A DNA stretch of 64,000 nt. Source: Cenococcum geophilum (lineage: Eukaryota). Under the pieces are notes generated by a model. It did not search any database. It was given only the letters and a program-made list of their open reading frames with translations, and was not told the origin of the DNA. Numbering within the stretch: position 1 is the stretch's first letter; each line of letters starts with the position of its first letter. Below are positions 50,001-62,561 of this stretch, one piece after another. The translations under genes were made by a program, and so were the position numbers. The stretch lies in NCBI GenBank assembly GCA_050273025.1, contig CP158635.1:1302001-1366000 (forward strand). Direction: 5' to 3'.

Positions 50001-52645
50001 CCTATTATAAGAATATTAATGCTAAGGAGGCGGCCTAATTGTATATCCACTACGTCTACCGTATTTACGGACTACTAGATACTATTATATCCGATTACGG
50101 CCCGCAATTTATATTGGCCTTTTGGAACGAGTTTACCTAGATCCTAGGTATTAGGCTAAAGCTCTTTATAGCATACTACCCCCAGACAGACGGCTAGACG
50201 GAGATTGTAAATCAATATTTAGATCAGAGACTCCGGCCTTTTATTAACTACTTCTAGGATAACTAGGGCAAACTGCTACCCCTAATAGACTACGCCCAGG
50301 CGACCCTACCCTATGACTTTATAGGATTTGCACCTATCTAACTAGAAATGGGGTATTTACCCTAAATAAGCTTTAACTGGGATAGACTAGAAGGACCATG
50401 GACTGTATGCAAGAAACTGTTTTATAAGGAAGCCCAGTAGTACGCCAAGCGCTTAGAGGAAGCCTGGATGGTAGCCCGTATAAATCTAGAAAAGGCCCAG
50501 AAATTAATGGAATAGTAGGTAAATAAGCATAGGCGCGAACCCGACTTTACCGTAGGCGATATGGTCTGGGTTATGATAAAGAACTAGAAGATGGAACGGC
50601 CTAGCCGTAAGCTAGACTATTAGATGGCGGGACCGTATAAGGTCCTTAAGAAGATAGGTAACTTATATAAAGTAAAGCTCCCGGATTCAATTAAGGTTTA
50701 CCCCGTTTTCTCGCCGGATAAACTATGAAAAGCTGCGAACGACCTATTGCCTAGATAAAAGAACGAACCTCCCCTACCGATTTAAGTTAATGGCGACAAC
50801 GAATAGGAAATTGAAGAAGTACTGGCCTATAAACTAGTAAGGAAAACGCTAAAGTACCGCGTTAGTTGGAAAGGCTATAACCCAGATCCTACCTGGTACC
50901 CTATATAGAACTTTATTGGCAGTCCCCATAAGCTTTAAGAATTCTATAACCGCTACCCTAATAAACTAGGACCCCTAAAGTACCTAGACGAGTAGATGGA
51001 GTGCTAGTATAGCGAAGATAATAAGCTACCGGAAGAATATAAAGATAAGAACGCCCTATAAGCATAATACGGACTACAAAGCCTGAGGGCAGGCTTTTGC
51101 GGAGGGGGGGGTAATGTTACGGCACTGGCAGAACTTGGCAGAACTTGACTAGCAGAACTTGGTAGAACTTAACTGGCAGAACTTGGCAGAACTTGACTGG
51201 TAGAACTTGGCAGAACTTCGCGGTCACGTGACTAGAGGACTGTATAAAAGAACCCTACTTCGACTGGCGCTGCTCTTCTTCTCCTTTCCTTTCTTTAGCT
51301 TTAGATCCTTGTTTATAGACTACTAATTGTATAGGCTTGCGCGTCCCTCTTGCCGTGCTCGTGCCTCGATTAACTGAGTCGTTAACAATATATGCTTTAG
51401 TAGCAGTTTGCATATTTTATTTAGTCTTAATTTAAGTAGTATTTTATATCGTGGGGGCCTATATAGTGGCTGCAGCATACCTATGCTGCGCATATAGATT
51501 AAGTATATCCCTATTATACGTAGTAGTAGTATTATTCTAGGCGTAGTTTATAGTTATAGAGCCTTGCGTTGTATATAAGGCCATTTATAATTATTCCTTT
51601 TTAGATAAGGAGTTTTTATATTCCTAGTATATATATACTAACGATAAGGGAGCTATGTGTTTAACTGGCGTCTCCCTAGCGAGTCTCTGGCAACCCTTAT
51701 ATCCTCTTATTGTTTTTATTATTTGCTTAGTTTATATTTTCCTATTAAAGCTATTAGATTTAGGTAATCTCGAGGCCTAGTATAAGGCGTTTTATATATT
51801 TTACTATCTCCTATATAGTTACTATATTGTCCGCCTAGCGTCCCTTTTTTACCCTAAGGCTTATAGGAACCGCTAGGACTTTAACTAAGTAGTCTTTATA
51901 GAGCACTTTTATGCTAATACGTTCTCCTAGCCTGTCCCCTACCCTTATAGCTTATTCCTTTACCTATTAGTCCTTTAGGGTAACTCTAATATCTCTACTC
52001 CTAAGGTATTGGACTATAACTACGTTGTAGACCTCTTTATAAATCTTTATAAGGACTTCTATTTCTAATTATCTCCTAAGCCCCTCTACTTTTTCTATAT
52101 TTAGTTATATTGTAATTATATACCCAGTTATTATCTTAAGGGGGGTGGGTTCCCTATAGTGTAGAAGCGCGGCTACGGCGGCCTAGGTGCGGTTTACCAG
52201 TAAAAAGGGATTTTATTTATTTTTAATTTTATTTAGCCGTTAGAGGATTTAATTAAGGGTTTACTAGAGGGGCGCTTAAGGTTTACTAGACTGGCGGAGC
52301 CATTCTACTAGCTATATTAGTTTATTATAGCTAATAGTTACTTCCCTATAGTTCTAGATACTAGACGCTTCTAATAGGCTTTATATTTTATTAGATGCCT
52401 TCTTAATAGAGGTATTTCCACTTTATAGTGTGGTATTCGCCCGTCTTTATTGTGGAGGGCCGTTGTTAGGCGTGGATCTGGCGGTTACGCGTGAGTGCGA
52501 GCCACCGTCGGTCGACGTGTGCCTCCCCTGCGATGTATACATCTTAAGGGGATTCTCTAGGTGTTTTTCAGGGTTCTTTTTGGTTGGTTTTAGTCTTTTT
52601 GGGCCGGGTGTAGCAAGAGCTCCTTTTTCGCATTAGTTTATTATT
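41086..52645 (-). mobile_element. Tad1-like LINE, apparently full length (~5.56 kb net), RIPed, interrupted by Gypsy C in ORF1
   Basis: 16-bp TSD TAGACATATTAATATT (41070-41085 and 52646-52661); (TAA)n 3' tail; ORF2 with APE II*YNCG at ~44770, RT GIP*GLPLSPILFLF at ~42810 and GFINN (=FVDD) at ~42725; ORF1 from ~52303 with zinc knuckles. Confidence 0.92.
45397..51387 (+). mobile_element. Gypsy chromovirus C, full length, moderately RIPed; same family as B
   Basis: LTRs at 45397-45665 and 51115-51387; TSD ATATA; PPT GGAGGGGGGGGTAA; gag from ~45868; RT AYLDDI at ~48575; chromodomain at ~50800-50960. Confidence 0.96.
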
Positions 52646-53795
52646 TAGACATATTAATATTTAAGGCAAATTACGGATATAAGCTAAGAATATTATTATT
52701 ACTATAATAAGTAAAGAAAACGAGTAGTATAGCTAAAGAAAGAATAAAGATATTAATAAATCTTTATATAGACCTTATAGAAGGAGTAAAGATAGTATAA
52801 AAAAGAAGAAAAAGGTACTATAACGCTAAGAGATCTAAAGGACTATATCCTAAGGAGGGGGATAAAGTATAGCTACTATATAAAAATTTTAAGAGTTAGC
52901 AACTAAGTAAGAAATTAGACTATATTAGACTAGGACCTTTTAAAATTATATAAAGGATTTTATTAGTTACGTTTAAGTTAAACCTACTAGCTAAGATAAA
53001 GATCTACCCTATATAGTATATTATAATACTAAAGCTAGTATATAGAAATATTAAGCTACTAATTTATAAAGTAGATATATATAAAGGATAAGAAGAAAAC
53101 AAAGAGTAAGTTTTAAGGATTATTAGTTATAAGGATATTAATAATAAAATATAGTATAAGGTTAAGTAGATAGGCTATAATAAGACTACCTAGAAACTAA
53201 AAAAAAACTAAAAAAAAAACGCTATAGAAAAGGTATAGGAGTTGTATAATTACAGCACCTGTTATACCAAACGCGTGCTTACGCGTTCGGTACACCAGGT
53301 ACGCGTTTACGCGTTTAGTGCACTAACTACTCGCTTACGCGTCTGGTGCACTTATGAAGCACTGACTAATTAGGGGGGAGGTGCATTAGTATATAGACCA
53401 CGTAGTCTGCTTTATATAACCGATAGTTACCATCTAAACAAGTATACGATACTATATGTATTTCGTGCCCGTGGATACGACTTATTCATACTATTAAGTT
53501 AGTACGAATACTGATTAGTGAGCGCGCATAGATCAGCAATCACTTAACACCTCCCCCCGAGCGATATATACGATAGCGACCACCCGTTTAGACTCCTAGT
53601 ACGACCTGCTAGAAGGTCGGAAGTCGGGGATTATAGACTTATCTCCAACTCTATATACTTATTTAAGTCTTAGTACGGTTTACTAGAAGTTATAAACGCG
53701 AATACAGACCTATATGGAACCCCTATTCTCAACCTCTTTGAACCTTAAACCCCTATTCCTACTATACCCTCTTTTAACACCTCCGACGTCTTTTT

Positions 53796-53945
53796 AGACC
53801 CCTTACGGAGACCCCCTACCCTTCTGCGAACCGTTACGGACCTGTTAATTACCTTTACGGACCGTTACGGAGACCTCTTACCCTTCTACAAACCACTATG
53901 GACCCGCTAACCGCCTTTACGGACCCTATAAGACCTCTACCACCC
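53796..53945 (+). repeat. ~60-bp tandem duplication in the 5' region of Copia F
   Basis: Repeated TTACGGAGACC(C/T)C(C/T)TACCCTTCT...CCTTTACGGACC units. Confidence 0.7.
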
Positions 53946-54454
53946 GCCACGTACTATATAGTATGGCAAACATTAGCAAGTAAGTTAGCGAAGGTTAAAA
54001 GAAGTGGAGATAAGGCGTCGACGTTACGTCTATAAACGATGTTAACGACTATATTAGCTTTAAAATCCTTAAATATAGACACTTTGAGCTTATAAATGAC
54101 GACCTGTGGGAGCAATATAAGGAAGACTTTGCGGACTTTACGGAAGCTATTTTTAAGGCTTACAACCCTACTGCCATCCGTAACCTACGAACCCTTTTAC
54201 GTCACTAAGGCGTATAGGTTGAAAGGGACAAACGAGTTACTGTTGCACGGTCTCTATACGACATACTACGTGAGAAGGACCAAACGGAATGGACTAAGGA
54301 GCAGATCTTAGATTATATTAAAACCAGCGACCTCTTTACCTCCTTTAAACTTAACAGAATCTCTGGCCTTATAGCTAACCTATTTAACCGAATTCGTTCC
54401 ATAAACCCAAGTAGTATTAGAATTAATTTTACTGGCTAAAGTACACCTAATACT

Positions 54455-54608
54455 CAAGTTACGGACCATAATACCCCCGTAACCCAAATTACGGACCGTA
54501 ATACCCCTATAAACCAAAATACGGACTAAATTACCCCTGTTGTTTAAGTTACAGATCCGCAAGCTATATATCCACAAGCTATAAATCCGTAAGTTATAGA
54601 TCCGCAAC
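54455..54608 (+). repeat. 30-bp and 15-bp tandem repeats within Copia F gag
   Basis: CAAATTACGGACC(A/G)TAATACCCC units, then (A/G)ATCCGCAAG(C/T)TATA units; unit lengths preserve the frame. Confidence 0.7.
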
Positions 54609-57600
54609 CTACCTAAGTAAAGACCTATAGCAAGGAGCTAGCTAACCTGGCTAAGCTCTATACCGACGAATCTAAGTACAGCGGTGAAAACGATAACTTT
54701 AACTTTAAACTTACTATCTTTACGGACCTCTGTCGGAAGGCTGATATTCCCAAATAGGAATTTAACCAAGCCTATTCCACTATGCTGCGCGGCCTAGCAC
54801 TTAACCACTACTACACTAACCTTAAGAGTAACCCCCTTGGTGTCCCCTTTAATAAGCTATACGAAGCTACCTATAATTACTTTAAAGGACCGGAATATAG
54901 GCGTGATATCCTTACCCAATAGAATGCGACCAAGCTACGGACCGTAATTGATAAGAATACTAAAAAATCGACTATAGAGTGCCTGCAAATTCTTATTAAA
55001 GACCTCCGGCACCTATAGTATGGCCTTAACGCTAAGCTTTGAACAGATAACTTCCTATATAATAAACTTATTACAGCCTACTAGAAAGTAAAGCCCTGCA
55101 AGTACGCCTACTATAAGCCTATAGATACCTTAGCTAGCCTTATTAATGACCTACGCTCCTCTATTATAACGTATAAAGTCTTAAACCCACTAGGCAGCAC
55201 TTAAGCCTTTGTTGTGGATATTTAATATCCGTAAACAGACTTAGACGTCTACTTTACGGACCGCCGCTACCGCTAGCAGTACCTGTACCGACTAAGTCCC
55301 ACCCATAACCCCCGTAGCAACCCCCGTATAAAAACATACCCCTATAAATAAACTAACTAGAAGTACTTTATGTGCGGTAAGGAAGGATATTGGTCTATAA
55401 GGTATACCCAGGAAGAATATAATAAGTCTAGGAAGAGATTTAATAGCTATATTAACTAGTTTATTTTAGAATATAAAGGAAAGGAAGTAGAAGAGCCCCC
55501 TAATAAGTTAATAGAAGCCCTTATAATTAACTTTAACTTAGACGCTTAGGAATAAGAGACCTCAGAGACATTCCTAACCACTTTTAGACCTTTTACGGAT
55601 AGCCAAGCCTTTAATATTACGACCGTATTAGCCGACCGTTCCTTTATATACTTAGTTGCGCCTAAAAACCATTCCGCAAGTACCCCTGTTACGGACGTTA
55701 TAGATTATAAGTAGGACCTATTTATATATATTACCACGGAACGCTATACCCCTAAAGAATTCTACGGCGTTATAATCGATATAAGTGCCTCTAAGAAGTC
55801 TACTGTAGGTTATAGATAATACCTTATATATAGGACCACCGTAAATAACAATACAGATATTAATACTACGTAAAATAGGGCTATAAACGTCTAATTCGGC
55901 ATCGGCTTAACCGTATTAATTAGATCAGTTATAGTTAAGACTCCAATTAGCCTAGTTAACTTCCATATAGTAAAAGCGGACACCCCTTTCCTACTTTGCC
56001 TTGCGGACATAGATAGGTTATAGGTATACTATAACAACGTCACGGACACCCTAATTGGCCCTATAACCACCCTAGGAAGCAAGTATATTACCCTACCAAT
56101 TACACGACGATTTGGACACCCGTTCCTTATATAGGGAGAGACTTTACAGACCTACATTTAGGAATCTTTCGACTATAACCCGTACTACCTTACCAGTACG
56201 GAGATCCACCATCTATACTGCCGTTTCGGCCACCTGTTAGCCGAAAAGCTATATAGAGTCCTTAAACGCTCTGGACACGACAACGTTAATAGGAAGGCAG
56301 TTAATTACCTGACTAAATACTGCTCCTTTTGCCAGAAATACGGACGTTCCCCAGGCCGATTTAAGTTCACCCTTTGTAAGGATCTTAACTTTAACCACTT
56401 AGTGTACGTAGATATTATATATATTAACGGCAGCCCAGTACTATATATAATTGATAAGGCAACCCGTTATTAAGCCGCCTATTAGTTATAAAATATATCC
56501 GCAAAGCATACTTAGGATATTCTACGGACCTACTGGATTAACACGTACGTTAGACCCCCTAAGTATATTACCCACAACGCCAGTAGGAACTTTATTAGCA
56601 AGGAATTCCAGCAGTATACTACGGCTATAGCTATATTAATAAAAGCTGTTCTAGTTAAGGCGTATTAGTCCGTTAAGCTTATTAAGCGAGCTTACCTAGC
56701 TTTACGGAGAGCCTACTAAATTATTACGGATAAATGTAAGGATATTTAAAAGGAACTGGCTCTATAGATGGCTGTAAAAGCCGTTAACAACACCACTGGC
56801 CCTAACGGACTAGTACCCACCCTCTTAGTTTACGGAGCCTACCTAAGGATAAGCAGCCTAGGCCCTCCTGCCCCGTCTATTACGGAACAAGCAGCTGTAA
56901 TACGGAAGGCAATGGCCGAAATAGTTAAATTACGGGCTAAATAAACTGTTAATAACGCCCTATACTACCGCAACGGACCTAATATAACCCTAGTACACAA
57001 CCTCCCGCTTAACTCTAAAGTCCTTATGTGGCGTAAAAGCGGCAATTAGACTAGACCTTACTGTCTACTAGCCGTAGAAGACGAGACCTACTGTGTATAG
57101 CTCCCTAACGGACCGATAAGCTTTAGAAGCACGTCCGTAAAACCCTATTTTTGGTCTGAAAACATTTATAACATCAAGCTAGACGAACTAGAAGCACCCG
57201 CCGAATTGGATAAACTAGAAGCACCCTTACCTACCCTAGAGGTCCCCCAGAAACCCAATGAACCTGCGGAACCTGCTGTAAAGTGTGGCCGAGGACGCCC
57301 CCGCAAGAACCCCGTAATGGAGAATTACCTAACCTCCGCAGGCACATCCACAAAGCAATCTCCGCCTGTGGATATATCAGTTTTAGTATAGGAAACCCCT
57401 TTTACGGACTTATAACGTAAAGAGATTAATGGACTACTTAAGAAGGGCGTCTTTGCGGTTATAATGGAGAGAGACGTTCCGTAAGGCGTCCGTATATTTA
57501 ACTTGCGCTTTATTAACGAAATTAAGCACCCTAGTACTAATAAAGCCTTTAAAAAGTTAAGGCTTGTTATATAAGCTTATAACGACTAGGGAAAGGACCT

Positions 57601-59456
57601 TGTCCTTACGCAATCGCCTATAATTTAATGGGTTAGTTAACGGATTATACTTGCGCTTATACCGGGTCTACAGAAAACTAAACCCGTAGCTCTCTACTTA
57701 CGGGACATCTTATAAGCCTATATGTAGTCTAGTACCTACCTAAGTAGGGATATCTTTATACGGCTACCGCTCGAGCTTAATTTATAACTAGGAACAATTT
57801 TATGGGTTATAAAACCACTTTATGGAGTACCAGAAGCTAGAAACCACTGGTTTAAGATATACCACTAGCACCACGTTAGTAAACTTAAAATGGAGCAGTT
57901 AACCTACAACCCCTGCCTCCTATACAGCCCATTGAACGGCCTTAGTATTATTAGACTTTAAATAGACGATACCCTCTTCTTAGTAGACCGGACATTTATG
58001 GACACTAAAGAGACTAAACTGTAAGAAGCTAAGTTCCTGGCAAAGCCGCGAGAGTAGTTAACTAAGTAGACTCTAATTAAGTTTAACGGAGGCTTAATTA
58101 TACAAAAGGGTAACTTAATCTAGCTGACCCAGGAACGCTAAGCTTAAAACCTAAAGCTTGTTATAGTAAAGCCTACGGACCTTACCAGTTCCTGTAGAGA
58201 AACCCATAAGACCGTAAATATAAAGGACTAATACGCTGTATAGCGTGCAAGAGGCGCCTATATTGCCATAGTCTGTCAACCTAAATCTGCCTACGATCTG
58301 TCCTTTGTGGCCCAGGCAGTAGACCCGTAAGAAGAAAATATTAAGTAGCTTAATAAGCGCATCTAGTGGCAAATTAATAATGCAGCAAGGGGACTTACTT
58401 TTATACCACTAGACCTGAATTCCCTTAGCCTACTGGTATTTACGGACGCATCTTTTGCTAATAATAAAGACCTATTATTACAAATTGGCTTTGTAATTGT
58501 ACTTACGGACCGCAATTAGGACGCAAATATACTATACTGGTCTTTAATTAAGTGTAAATGAGTAACCCGTAGTGTACTAGCTTCTAAACTATATACACTA
58601 GCTTATAGATTTAATATAGCAGCCGCAATTAAATTAACGGTCCAGAAGATTTTATAACTGGAGCAGTTACCCCTGGTTTTATGCACCAATTTAAAGTCCC
58701 TTTATAACTGCCTAGTTAAACTAGGTACGACACAAGAGAAGAGGCTCATGGTTGACCTAATGTGCTTATGTTAGGCCTATGAACGACGTGAGATTATGGA
58801 GGTTAAATGGATTAGCAGCGGAGACAACCTAGTAGACGCTATGACTAAGGCAAAGCCGTGTTAAGCTCTTAAAACCCTAATTAATATAAACAAGCTTAAC
58901 TTAAAGGTTATAGAATGGGTAAAGCGAGACTAACGGAGCATTTACGGTTCAGCTACGGCCCGTCAGAAGGCCGTATAGTGCATTTATAGCCCGTTAAAAG
59001 GCCGTATAGTTCATTTTACGGACCGTAAGTAGGACTTACGGCCAGCTTGGAGCACCATTTGGAAGGCAACCCAGAAGGCACCTCAGGAGGGATTTCCTAT
59101 GTATTTTCCTTTGTGTTCTATAGTTTTATTAAAGCAATTACGGAGGCTGTATATAGGTGGTTTCATTTTTTAAGTACTGCCAGTGTATAATTACAGCACC
59201 TGTTGTACTAAACGCGTGCTTACGCGTTCGGTACACTAGGTACGCGTTTACGCGTTTAGTGCACCAACCACTCGCTTACGCGTCTGGTGCACTTATGAAG
59301 CACTGACTAATTAGGGGGGAGGTGCATCAGTATATAGACCACGTAGTCTGCTTTATACAACCGACAGTCACCATCCAAACAAGCATACGATACTACATGT
59401 ATTTCGTGCCCGTGGATACGACTCACTCGTGCTATTAAGTTAGTACGAACAGGAGT

Positions 59457-60096
59457 ATTAGAAGAGAAAGGGTTAGGTAATATTAAGAAGGAGCTAAAGA
59501 TAAAGGGATTAGTTAAGGGTAATAGACAAGCCGGATTATTTAAGGGATCTACTATTAGCGTATTAGTTGTTTCCGCCTCTTCTTAATTAAAATCCTTTTT
59601 GGCCTCCTTAGCCTTAAGCTTAAAAAGACCTTATTTAATAAAACGTAACTCCTTTAAGCGTACCTTTTTATAAACCTTTATTAGACGGCTTAAACGAGTA
59701 TAAGTATTTAGTTAAGTTTTTAGAGCCTAAGACGCCTTATTAAAACGATGTTAAACTTTAGTAAGGACTTTATCTAGCTTACTCTCTAGTTTTTTAGCTG
59801 CTACTAATACGCGAGACTCTAAGGCAGATTAGATAAGGAAGTTAAAGACTTTAAAAATTAATAAAACACGTATACTTAGCGTTAAAAATAGATTAAATAT
59901 TACAAGATAATCGCATATTCGCTCGCGTATACTTAGTATATAAAGAAAGTTAGCGACTAAATAGAGCCGCGATTATAATATATACTAACTTCTTCTCCGT
60001 ATAATAAAAATAAGATAGTATAACTTTACTAAGTAATAGAATAAACGTCACTAGCTAATTACAATGATTAGACGCAGAGGATTTAATAGAAGGTAT
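59457..60096 (-). pseudogene. RIPed antisense accessory gene of Gypsy E: Cys6-type zinc-binding domain plus coiled coil, one intron (59819-59873)
   Basis: De-RIPed reading MPS.KSS...MPSCSxCxEKKLVC...SSCxECTRANMRSSCD...AEW / SRV...EKLESELDEVL...; 55-nt intron with CTAAT branch and TAG acceptor restores the frame. Confidence 0.6.
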
Positions 60097-60789
60097 TAGA
60101 AACAATAAAGGTTATTAAATTAAAGATAGGGATGCTATACCTCTAATAGACAACTTAGAGATAGGAAAGATCTTTAAGAATAAAGATAAAAAGGAGGGAG
60201 ATAGTGTTACGGACCTTATATTGGTAGTAGTAGAACTACTAAAAAGATATATAAACGGACTAGTGGTAGAAGTATAAGAGGTGCTAAAATTAGTTAAACT
60301 ATAGAATAAGGGGTAGCTAAGTTACGTAGTTAGTTATATTATAAGTTTAAAACGTAAAAACGTAGGAATATAGGAACGCGATATACTAACCTACTAACAT
60401 ACTAATATACTTAGTACATTTCTTAGGCGTAGTATTGTATATTTAAAGGACTACAGTCCCTACCTAGATAGTTCTCTTCTTTATAGTAAATCTTAGAATA
60501 TAATTAGAGTTAATCTATTAGGCAACCACTCCACTAGTTATTATTACGTTATTAACTTCTTATTTACCTATATACCTAGCCTATTAATAAGTCTACTATA
60601 GTTCCTACTATAAGGCCTCGTTATATAAAGTTATATAAAAATCCTTAGGTTAACCTAGGTAGTTACTAGTATACTTTTAATAGACTTTTTATAGGTCTCC
60701 TAGTAATCCTTATACCTTTTCTCTAGTTATATATTTTTATTAAAGTTTTTAGGAGTTTAGAGTAGGGGTTAGATAGATAATATATAGTA

Positions 60790-61220
60790 ATATGCTAATA
60801 TCTCTCCGAACCCCTTCCGGGACGAGCTCTTATAATCTCCCTCTACCGTAAGGTAATGGCGATCAGGGGCCGACTGTAAGAAGAGGTGGGCAATATAAGG
60901 GATATTATTGCGGGCACGTGCCCGTAGTATATAGTCTCCACGATCCCAGAGGCCTTACCTCCTCAAGAATTCGTCTCCTCCACAATCTATCTGTTCCTAC
61001 AACCGTGCCTTATAGCCCCCTGTCTACAAAGTCCCCTCACAATAACATCTTGACTTTATTATATAGTTTACGTACTATCATGCCCAAGCCCAACCCACTC
61101 GACCATGCAAACTATCAAAAAGATAGCAGCAGTGTCCCGCGACTGGACGGACTGCCGGTTGGAATGCCTTATAAGCTCTCCAGCCCATACCTGCCATATG
61201 GGTAGCGCAAGGTCGTGACA
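60790..61220. mobile_element. Putative solo LTR or LTR fragment
   Basis: Ends in GTGACA like other LTRs in the window, with a TATATA box followed by a C/T-rich tract; 5' boundary and TSD not resolved. Confidence 0.35.
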
Positions 61221-62561
61221 CGTACATAGCTTAATAATATCTACTTCGCTATATATTATCGCCGCTTTTACTTACTCCGTAATAGTAGGGTATATTAAGA
61301 AATTATTGAAATAAAAGCGATAAATACTAACAAGCGAAAATTATAATAATTTATGATTGCATTGGAACGTGGTCGTAAAGAGGCCGAATAGCATCCAGGC
61401 TATGTTTAGAACAACGAGTATCTGACATTTACGTTGTGTGGATGGACTCGAATCCAATCGAGCAACTACGCGAGCGGATGTGACTTTTGCTAGGCCTTGT
61501 GCGGCGATGGCTAGCAGTTGAGCTATGTAGTCGAACTACGGATATCAGTTAGTAAGCCATGCTTCTAGTTAATCGGCTTGACAGAGCTTGCTTGCCTTGA
61601 ACGCTTCTATCGCATCCGTTTGATAGGTCTCCAATATGCCGCCCTAAGCCAGATTAGACCCTCGATCTATCATAATCGATTAAGCTAGGGTTATGCACTA
61701 CCACCGAGTCAGTTTTTCAGAGTCTCGAACTTTGACACCGAACTGCGAGGATTGCCTACAGTCGCAAAGAGAAACGTGTAGCCATCTATCCCCGGTTTCT
61801 GCTTCCGCTGAAGCATGGAATATAGACTCGAGCTGTGGCAAAGTCCTAGTGTAATGATAACGAGAGCATAGCTTACGGCTACGACATGATGATCCTTTGC
61901 ATACGGTGCACTATAATTACTCATGGCGGACAAATATTAGCTAGACAAACGTTGCTGAGAGTGCATGAGCTTAAGGTCGCCGTGTTTAAACGCTGTCGTC
62001 CTTCGAAAATGGAAAGACGGCACAAAATGCTGGCTTCCCGGTGGAGTGGATGGCGGTGCAGCGCAGCATCAGAACAAGGGAGTAACACGTGTGGGCCAGC
62101 ACCCTCCCTGCTAGCTCGAGCCAAAGCTTGTTCATTCAATTTCGCCAAGTTCGCTAATGCGTCCCGATCACACTACGCGAAGTCATGGGTTTTTTCTCCT
62201 GGTCCTACGATTTGCTGAGCGGCTCACGGCTCGCGAACGAGGAGCAGGGATTAGGCACGTTCCAGATGTGTCTTTGTCCCCACCCCAATTTTGCAAATAT
62301 GCACGCTAGAGGGACGCCATTAGTGTCGCGGGGGAACCGGGATGGTGTCCAGACGCACTTTCTCGCCAGATGGTGCACCGCGAGATGCTGCATGCGAACC
62401 TCCAACCCGTGTGAGTAACTTGGTGGAGGGATGGTTGTTGGGGGCTGGAGGTCACCAAAGACTTAGACCCGTCCCACAACCCTCTTCAGACTCGTGCTCC
62501 TGATCGTTTGGGACCGCACAAGTTTGTTCGTTGAATTATCAACCGTGTTGCACGTTTCACC

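Larger units (their letters stand above)
53243..59451 (+). mobile_element. Copia LTR retrotransposon F, GalEa-like, full length, RIPed
   Basis: 268-bp LTRs at 53243-53510 and 59184-59451; TSD GGAGT; palindromic site (CA)CTGAT(C)AGTG in place of a tRNA PBS; pyrimidine-rich tract in place of a PPT; order zinc knuckle (~55364), PR (~55774), IN RFGH (~56222), RT KPLYGVPEA (~57812) and *IDDT (=QTDD, ~57958), RH FTDASFA (~58439). Confidence 0.92.
39470..60589 (+). mobile_element. 5'-truncated Gypsy chromovirus E (segments ~39470-41085, 52646-53242, 59452-~60589), heavily RIPed, hosting a LINE and a Copia
   Basis: LRLFLGFCNYYRRF at ~39612, ELNYNIYNKELL at ~39921, integrase YYPQTD at ~40922, continuing ANYGY at ~52667 across the LINE TSD; chromodomain at ~53100-53240; PPT AAAAAGGAGGGAGATAG and 3' LTR from 60205 (end approximate). 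Confidence 0.85.

Noticed and set aside
52425..52520. HDV-like ribozyme at the LINE 5' end (minus-strand GGGCGAAT resembles J4/2)
   Set aside because: Consistent P1/P2/P3 pairings could not be built by eye.
61709..62418. Short overlapping ORFs upstream of the permease
   Set aside because: No recognisable domains or coherent exon structure; probably promoter or 5' intergenic DNA.
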